In this document: positions 58,316 through 64,000 of the stretch, in pieces
Layout: every line of letters starts with the position of its first letter
How positions within the stretch are numbered: position 1 is the stretch's first letter
Assembly (NCBI RefSeq): GCF_039596355.1
Contig: NZ_JBCNJW010000012.1
Location: 36,072-100,071 of the forward strand
Direction of reading: 5' to 3'
Length of the DNA: 64,000 bases
DNA from: Fluviicola sp.
GTDB taxonomy: Bacteria; Bacteroidota; Bacteroidia; Flavobacteriales_D; Crocinitomicaceae
Position numbers and translations under genes: made by a program
The notes under the pieces: model-generated
What the model saw: the letters and a program-made list of their open reading frames with translations, nothing else
Told to the model about the DNA's origin: nothing
Database searches by the model: none

Positions 58316-59273
58316 AAATAATCCCTTTATCTGACAAAAACACCGCTACATTCGTTTCAATGCGCTTGTTGATATTGGACGTATCGCTTTTCATGAATTT
58401 GTTACCTGTAATTTTCTCGTATAGCTCGATGTAACGTTCCGTAATGGTGTCGACAAATGAATCCGGCATATCCGGCATCACCTGCCCTTCCAGTCCCTGG
58501 AAACCGTTTTCGATCAGCCACTGGCGCACAAATTCTTTCGAAAGCTGCCGTTGCTGCTCACCGTTTTGCTGTCTTTCTTCGTAACCTTCCGCGTAGAAGT
58601 AACGGGAAGAATCCGGTGTGTGGATTTCATCGATCAAAATCACTTCTCCGTTGCGAATTCCAAACTCGTATTTTGTATCTACAAGGATCAAACCGCGTTC
58701 AGCTGCCATTTCGGTTCCGCGTTGGAACAAAGCACGGGTATATGCTTCCATCTTCTCATAAATCTCCTGCGGAACGATTCCTTTTTTCAGGATGTCTTCT
58801 TTGGAAATGTCTTCGTCGTGACCTTCGTCTGCTTTCGTAGCCGGAGTAATGATCGGTTCCGGGAAACGGTCGTTTTCTTTCATTCCTTCAGGCAAGGTAA
58901 CCCCGCAAAGCGTTCTTTTCCCCAAAGCATATTCTCTTGCAGCGTGACCTGCCAGGTATCCCCTGATCACCATTTCAACACGAACCGGTTCGCAGGCATA
59001 ACCAATCGCCACAGAAGGATCCGGAGTACCGATCAGCCAGTTCGGAACGATATCCCGGGTCGCTTCCAGAAACATGGTTGCAACCTGATTCAAAACCTGT
59101 CCTTTGAAGGGGATTCCTTTCGGCAGAATGTGATCGAAAGCCGAAATGCGGTCTGTTGCCACCATCACCATGATATCGTTATCGATGGTGTATACTTCGC
59201 GCACTTTTCCGCGGTATACATTCGTCTGCTTCGGAAATTTAAAATTGGTACTTGTGATTGTTTCGTTCAACAT
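58314..59273 (-). CDS. purC: SAICAR synthetase
   Basis: [43 protein letters not shown]. Confidence 0.97.
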   Translation of the reverse strand: MLNETITSTNFKFPKQTNVYRGKVREVYTIDNDIMVMVATDRISAFDHILPKGIPFKGQVLNQVATMFLEATRDIVPNWLIGTPDPSVAIGYACEPVRVEMVIRGYLAGHAAREYALGKRTLCGVTLPEGMKENDRFPEPIITPATKADEGHDEDISKEDILKKGIVPQEIYEKMEAYTRALFQRGTEMAAERGLILVDTKYEFGIRNGEVILIDEIHTPDSSRYFYAEGYEERQQNGEQQRQLSKEFVRQWLIENGFQGLEGQVMPDMPDSFVDTITERYIELYEKITGNKFMKSDTSNINKRIETNVAVFLSDKGII

Positions 59274-59295
59274 GTTCTAAATTTTGAATCGTGTA

Positions 59296-60309
59296 TTACT
59301 TCCTTCTTGATCTTGGCTTCGGTTCGTCTTCGTCGTCTCCTTCTTTCTCGAATTTCTTCGCTTTTTCAATCGCTTCTGCTTTATCGAAAGCGTCGATGAT
59401 GCGTTTCACCAGGGAGTGTCGGATCACATCGCTCTGTGTCAGACGGATGATCTCCAGCCCTTCCACGCCGTTCAGAATATCCAATGCATAGGACAATCCG
59501 GAGCGCTGGCGGTGAGGTAAATCTACCTGCGACATATCTCCCGTGATCACAAACTGGGCGGTCTGTCCCATTCGCGTCAGGAACATTTTCATCTGCATCA
59601 CCGTTGCGTTCTGTGCCTCATCCAGGATCACAAATGCTTTGTCAAGCGTTCGTCCGCGCATGAATGCCAAAGGTGCAATCTCAATGATTCCGAATTCGAT
59701 CATGTCTGCCAGTTTCTCCGGGGGAATCATATCACGGAGCGCATCGTAAAGCGGCATCAGGTACGGGTCGAGTTTTTCCTTGAGGTCTCCCGGAAGGAAT
59801 CCCAGGTTTTCTCCCGCTTCCACTGCCGGACGCGTCAAAATAATCCGTTTTACTTCTTTCGCCTTCAAAGCTCTTACCGCCAAAGCAACTGCCGTGTAGG
59901 TTTTCCCTGTTCCGGCCGGACCAACGGCAAAAACCATATCGCTTTTATTGACTGCCTGAACAAGCTTACGCTGGTTGAGTGTCTTGGCTTTGATTTTTAC
60001 ACCGCCGTTTCCATGCACCAGCGTTTCCGTCCCGTCGGAAGAAAGCATGGCAGAACCATCGTCCAGCATCAGGTTGTCGATGTTGTTTTCTGTTAACACG
60101 TTATATTGGTTGAAATGTGCTAAAATCAATTCAAACTTGCGTTCGAACTCTTCCATCACTTCCGGATCACCAATAATCGTCAACTCATTTCCACGTGAGT
60201 TGATCTTCAATTTTGGAAAAAAAGATCGGATATGCTTTAAATTCGAATTGTTTACGCCAAACAATTCGGCCACATTCACCCCTTTTATTTCGATTTTCTT
60301 CTCTGTCAA
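59296..60309 (-). CDS. phoH: PhoH family ATPase
   Basis: GPAGTGKT, RPAVEAGENLGFLPG, MRGRTL, DEAQN, TRMG, TGD..Q.DL; TTG start. Confidence 0.95.
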   Translation of the reverse strand: MTEKKIEIKGVNVAELFGVNNSNLKHIRSFFPKLKINSRGNELTIIGDPEVMEEFERKFELILAHFNQYNVLTENNIDNLMLDDGSAMLSSDGTETLVHGNGGVKIKAKTLNQRKLVQAVNKSDMVFAVGPAGTGKTYTAVALAVRALKAKEVKRIILTRPAVEAGENLGFLPGDLKEKLDPYLMPLYDALRDMIPPEKLADMIEFGIIEIAPLAFMRGRTLDKAFVILDEAQNATVMQMKMFLTRMGQTAQFVITGDMSQVDLPHRQRSGLSYALDILNGVEGLEIIRLTQSDVIRHSLVKRIIDAFDKAEAIEKAKKFEKEGDDEDEPKPRSRRK

Positions 60310-60411
60310 TGTGAATAAATCTTTCGTTTCTAAGTCCCGGTTGTATTATTAACCCGTATTTTTGAAACAAATTTAATTAATTTTTTATCGGATAAGGACA
60401 GTGTTTATCAA

Positions 60412-61260
60412 ATGGGAATTATCACTCTGACTACAGATATGGGATTAACCGACTACTATGTGGCGGTTTTAAAGGGAAATTTGTTCAAACTGGCTCCCGG
60501 AGCGTCTGTGGTGGATATTACTCATCAGGTAAAACCATTCGATATTGCGGATGCCAGTTATTACATCCAGGCTTCTTTCCGTGAGTTCCCCGAAGGGACG
60601 GTTCACATCATCGGTGTGGACAGCGAACCCATCATCAATTCCAGTAACGGTGCTTATCCGAGCATCCTCCTGTTCAAGGGACATTACTTCATTTCGAACG
60701 ATAACGGCATTTTTGCGTTGATTCTGCGGGGTGAAAGTCCGGAAGGATTCTGGCGGATCGACAACGTACTTTCCAATCCGAAAGGCCTGCGCTTTCCGGT
60801 GAAAAATATTTTTGTGCCGACCGCAGCACGCATTGTTGCCGGAGAACCGCTCGACACCATCGGGTCGGAAGAAACCAGCTGGCGCGTGGCGCACACGGTC
60901 AATGCCGTGATCGAGGAAAACCTCATCAAGGGATCTATTGTCCACATCGATCATTACGGTAACGCGATCACGAACATTACAAAGGAAATCTTTGCGCGTT
61001 TCGATGATGCTCCTTTCACGATCCTGTTCCGCAAACGGGAATATTACATTGATGAGATTTCCAGCACCTACAACGACGTCGCTCCGGGTGAACGACTGGC
61101 TTTTTTCAATGACAACAACCTGCTGGAAATCGCGATCAACAAAGGTGCAACCGGAAACGGAGGCGGAGCAGATTCCCTTTTCGGGCTGCGGGTTCACGAC
61201 CTCGTACGGGTTGAATTTACACCGCGTGGTTCTGCCAAAACCATTGACTCCCTTTTTTAA
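60412..61260 (+). CDS. SAM hydroxide adenosyltransferase (DUF62, chlorinase/fluorinase family)
   Basis: ITLTTDMG, VDITH, GTVHIIGVD, DNGIF, IDHYGNAITNI, LEIAIN. Confidence 0.9.
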   Translation: MGIITLTTDMGLTDYYVAVLKGNLFKLAPGASVVDITHQVKPFDIADASYYIQASFREFPEGTVHIIGVDSEPIINSSNGAYPSILLFKGHYFISNDNGIFALILRGESPEGFWRIDNVLSNPKGLRFPVKNIFVPTAARIVAGEPLDTIGSEETSWRVAHTVNAVIEENLIKGSIVHIDHYGNAITNITKEIFARFDDAPFTILFRKREYYIDEISSTYNDVAPGERLAFFNDNNLLEIAINKGATGNGGGADSLFGLRVHDLVRVEFTPRGSAKTIDSLF

Positions 61261-61352
61261 ATTGAGAATTGAAAAAGAACACTGAGCGGCCTGTGGTGGA
61301 CTTACCGAACTAAGTCGAAGTACTTTTCAATTTTGACTTTTAACTTTTGAAT
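61259..61352. repeat. Two-layer nested REP between inverted AATTGAG/AATTTTG heptamer-like arrays
   Basis: aattgag aattgaa...ACTGAGCG[gcctgtggtggacttacCGAACTa]AGTCGAAGTa...ttttc aattttg actttt aacttttg. Confidence 0.7.
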
Positions 61353-61364
61353 TATATTAAACAT

Positions 61365-61688
61365 ATGCTGACACGAATTGTGAAACTCACGTTCCAGGAA
61401 GAAAAAATCACGGACTTTCTCGCTTATTTCGATACGATCAATACACGGGTAAGCACCTTTGAGAATTGCTATGGTATGCGTTTGATGCAAGACATCCACC
61501 AGCCGCATATTGTGTTCACATACAGTAACTGGAAAGATGAATCTGCGTTAAACAAGTACCGGGATTCCGAATTATTCGGAGGAGTTTGGTCTACGATCAA
61601 ACCCTGGTTCGGAGGAAAACCCGAAGCATGGAGTGTTGAAACGTATTTCGAAGATGGTACTTTTTTACCCAACCATCCCGAAAATTAA
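61365..61688 (+). CDS. Antibiotic biosynthesis monooxygenase (ABM) family protein
   Basis: MLTRIVKLTF, FTYSNWKDESALNKYRDSELF...W. Confidence 0.88.
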   Translation: MLTRIVKLTFQEEKITDFLAYFDTINTRVSTFENCYGMRLMQDIHQPHIVFTYSNWKDESALNKYRDSELFGGVWSTIKPWFGGKPEAWSVETYFEDGTFLPNHPEN

Positions 61689-61759
61689 ACGTTTATAGCT
61701 ACCTGTGCAAATAGGGGTTTTCTCAATATTGTTCTTATTTTTGCCGAACTTAAATAGAT

Positions 61760-62515
61760 ATGAAAGCACTTTACTGGAAAGAAATCAGGAGTTTTTTAGG
61801 CTCGATCATCGGGTATATTTTCATCGTCATATTCCTCATCAGCTCGGGGATTTTTCACTGGATTGTAGCTGAGGACACGAACCTGCTAAACGGGGAAGAA
61901 GTGGATATGATTCCCTTCTTTAATTTATCTCCCGTTATCTTTTTGATCCTGATCCCGGCTATTACCATGCGGATGATTGCCGAGGAACGCAAAACAGGAA
62001 CCATCGAATTGCTTTTCACCCGTCCGATTACCGATTTCCAGATCATTATGGCCAAATACCTGGCCGGGGTTACCCTATTAATTATCTCGCTTCTCCCTAC
62101 GTTGATCTACTACTTCAGTATGGTTCACCTGGGAGCGGATGCCATGGATGAAAACGGAATTTCAAAGACTGTGATCGACGAAGGCGCTACGTTTACGTCT
62201 TATTTAGGATTGATTTTACTGGGAGCAACCTTCATTGCCATCGGGATTTTTTCGTCTTCTGTTACGAGTAACCAGATCGTTGCATTTATCGTTGCGATGT
62301 TCCTGTGCTGGTTGTTTTACGACGGATTCGAACTCCTGGGCTCCTTCAACCTGATGGGAGATTTCGACATTGTGTTCCAGTATATCGGCTTGACTTCGCA
62401 TTACAAGAGTATCATGAAAGGGGTGATTGACACCGGCGACCTTATTTATTTTTTCGGGATGATTGCAATCTTTTTAGCTGCAACACTCACCGTTGTTAAA
62501 TCTTTGAAACGTTAA
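61760..62515 (+). CDS. gldF: Gliding motility ABC transporter permease GldF
   Basis: KEIRSFLGS, PAITMRMIAEERKTGTIELL.T.P, NQIVAF; TAttTTTG at 61736-61743. Confidence 0.92.
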   Translation: MKALYWKEIRSFLGSIIGYIFIVIFLISSGIFHWIVAEDTNLLNGEEVDMIPFFNLSPVIFLILIPAITMRMIAEERKTGTIELLFTRPITDFQIIMAKYLAGVTLLIISLLPTLIYYFSMVHLGADAMDENGISKTVIDEGATFTSYLGLILLGATFIAIGIFSSSVTSNQIVAFIVAMFLCWLFYDGFELLGSFNLMGDFDIVFQYIGLTSHYKSIMKGVIDTGDLIYFFGMIAIFLAATLTVVKSLKR

Positions 62516-62519
62516 TCCG

Positions 62520-64000
62520 ATGGCTGAAAATAACGGAAAAATCAAAAAGTTCTATAACTGGGTTCTCCTTGCAATCATTGTGGGGATTGTGATCTTCCTC
62601 AACATTATCGGAACCTTCCTGTATTCCCGTGTCGATATGACCGAGGATGAGCGTTATTCCCTTTCAAGCGGTTCCATCGAGTTCCTGGAAAAAATGAACG
62701 AATCATCGAAAGGAAGTAAAAAATCGAATCGTTTGTTCCTGAAAATCTACCTGGAAGGAAAACTACCCGCAGAGATTAAGCGTTTCCGCAACGCGGTAGA
62801 GGACAAACTGGATGAATTCAAGGAAATTGCAGGAGACCGCATTGAATTCCAGTTCATTGATCCGCTGGAAGGAACGGAAGCAGAACGCAATGCGCTCTTT
62901 CAAATCCTGTACAACAAGGGACAGGGAATTGTTCCGCTGGAAATCGTTTATCAGAAAGACGGTTCTCAATCACAGATGATCCTCTGGCCGGGAGCTGAAA
63001 TCGAATACGAAGGATTTACCAAAAACTACGTGCAGTTGCTTCCGGGTTCTCCACAGGGACAACCGGCTCAATTGTCGAAAGAGTTTTCCGAAACAACGAT
63101 TCAGAATTCCATCAACAACCTGGAATACATGCTGATTTCGGCGTTGAGAAGAACCATTCAGAAGCAAAAACCGCGCATCGCTTTCATCGGCGGACACGGA
63201 GAGCTTCGTTTCCAGGAAACACAGCGTGTGCGCGCACTGCTTGAACCGTATTACTCCGTTGAAGATGTAACCTTGAAAGATTCACTGAAAGCACTCGACG
63301 GATTCACCGGAGCAGTTATCGCCCGACCGCGGACGGCTTACTCGGATAAAGACCTGTACATCATTGATCAGTTCGTAATGCGCGGAGGTCGACTCATGTG
63401 CTTCTTCGATAAACTGACTTTCCCACAGGATTCCCTGAATAAAACCGGAATGACCAGCACCGTCAGAACACAACTTGGGCTGGATAAATTATTATTCGAT
63501 TACGGAATCAAAACCAACGACAATTACGTCATGGATGTGCGCTGTGCTCCTATCCAGACACCATTTGCCAAGCAAAGTCTTCTTCCGTGGTTCTTCTATG
63601 TTGCAGCCACTCCGACCAAGCATCCGATTGCACGAAACATCGAACCGGTCATGCTCCGGTATGTATCGCAAATCCAGCTGATCCCAAGCGACAACCGCCT
63701 GGTTTCACCGATCCTGACCAGTTCCACCAATTCGCGGGTGAGTGTCATGGCTCCGATGATCAGCCTCGGAATGCCGATGAATTATGGAAAAGTGCCGGTT
63801 TTAGCAGACAATCCGTCTTCTGAGAGCAACAAAATCTGTCTGGCAGGTTTGTCTGAAGGAAAATTCGATTCACACTTCAAGAACCGTTTGACGGAAGAAT
63901 TTGCCAAGAACCCGGAATCCGGTTTCCTGACTACCAGCAGCGAAGAAGGAAAAGTACTCGTAGTGACAAACGGATCGTTTATTGCGAATTACTACGATTC
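62520..64000 (+). CDS. gldG: Gliding motility ABC transporter substrate-binding/auxiliary protein GldG, partial
   Basis: Not in the ORF track. Manual translation from ATG 62520: MAENNGK...RVDMTEDERYSLS...KIYLEGKLPAEIKRFRNAVEDKLDEF...FIGGHGE; runs off the window. Confidence 0.92.
   Translation, partial: MAENNGKIKKFYNWVLLAIIVGIVIFLNIIGTFLYSRVDMTEDERYSLSSGSIEFLEKMNESSKGSKKSNRLFLKIYLEGKLPAEIKRFRNAVEDKLDEFKEIAGDRIEFQFIDPLEGTEAERNALFQILYNKGQGIVPLEIVYQKDGSQSQMILWPGAEIEYEGFTKNYVQLLPGSPQGQPAQLSKEFSETTIQNSINNLEYMLISALRRTIQKQKPRIAFIGGHGELRFQETQRVRALLEPYYSVEDVTLKDSLKALDGFTGAVIARPRTAYSDKDLYIIDQFVMRGGRLMCFFDKLTFPQDSLNKTGMTSTVRTQLGLDKLLFDYGIKTNDNYVMDVRCAPIQTPFAKQSLLPWFFYVAATPTKHPIARNIEPVMLRYVSQIQLIPSDNRLVSPILTSSTNSRVSVMAPMISLGMPMNYGKVPVLADNPSSESNKICLAGLSEGKFDSHFKNRLTEEFAKNPESGFLTTSSEEGKVLVVTNGSFIANYYD

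Noticed and set aside
60412-61260. Halogenase (fluorinase/chlorinase) biosynthetic cluster
   Set aside because: The neighbourhood is housekeeping (phoH, ABM, gldFG). DUF62 members in this context are expected to be SAM hydroxide adenosyltransferases.
1-64000. Numerous 60-280 aa ORFs antisense to or nested in long genes (e.g. 36..629+, 58551..59399+, 35955..36695+, 60469..61197-)
   Set aside because: They are shadows of well-supported genes on the other strand or frame and carry no recognisable motifs.
1-64000. tRNA, rRNA, CRISPR array, integrase or transposase
   Set aside because: No cloverleaf or T-loop motif in intergenic DNA, no repeat-spacer periodicity, and no recombinase or transposase motifs seen.

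Overview
This window is bacterial chromosome from a Bacteroidota organism (Flavobacteriales, Fluviicola/Crocinitomicaceae-like). The assignment rests on T9SS and gliding genes, TAnnTTTG promoters and gene order. Content is mostly core: purS, purA, purC, pssA, lpxD, fused 2-oxoacid dehydrogenase E1, a MarR-fadN-thiolase cluster, relA/spoT-fur-STAS-purA-OstA, fahA, glyA, gmhA, phoH and gldF/gldG. It also holds a PorV-like + C25 (PorU-like) pair and two T9SS type-B-sorted surface proteins. No rRNA, tRNA, CRISPR array, integrase or transposase was found. The most unusual structure is non-coding or very small. (1) A 1,104-bp single-gene islet is bounded by a 56-bp duplication of the relA 3' end; the two copies differ by one synonymous base. 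(2) A four-helix-bundle (IVP/TIGR02436-like) gene sits in the fad operon between inverted period-7 repeat arrays, and several ORF-less inverted 7/9-mer arrays occur elsewhere. (3) A REP-like palindrome occurs as 1-, 2- and 3-layer nested forms. (4) A HExxH protein is translationally coupled to an AspH-type hydroxylase. (5) An XRE-Fic fusion has a candidate operator. All calls are from reading motifs by eye; no database search was run.
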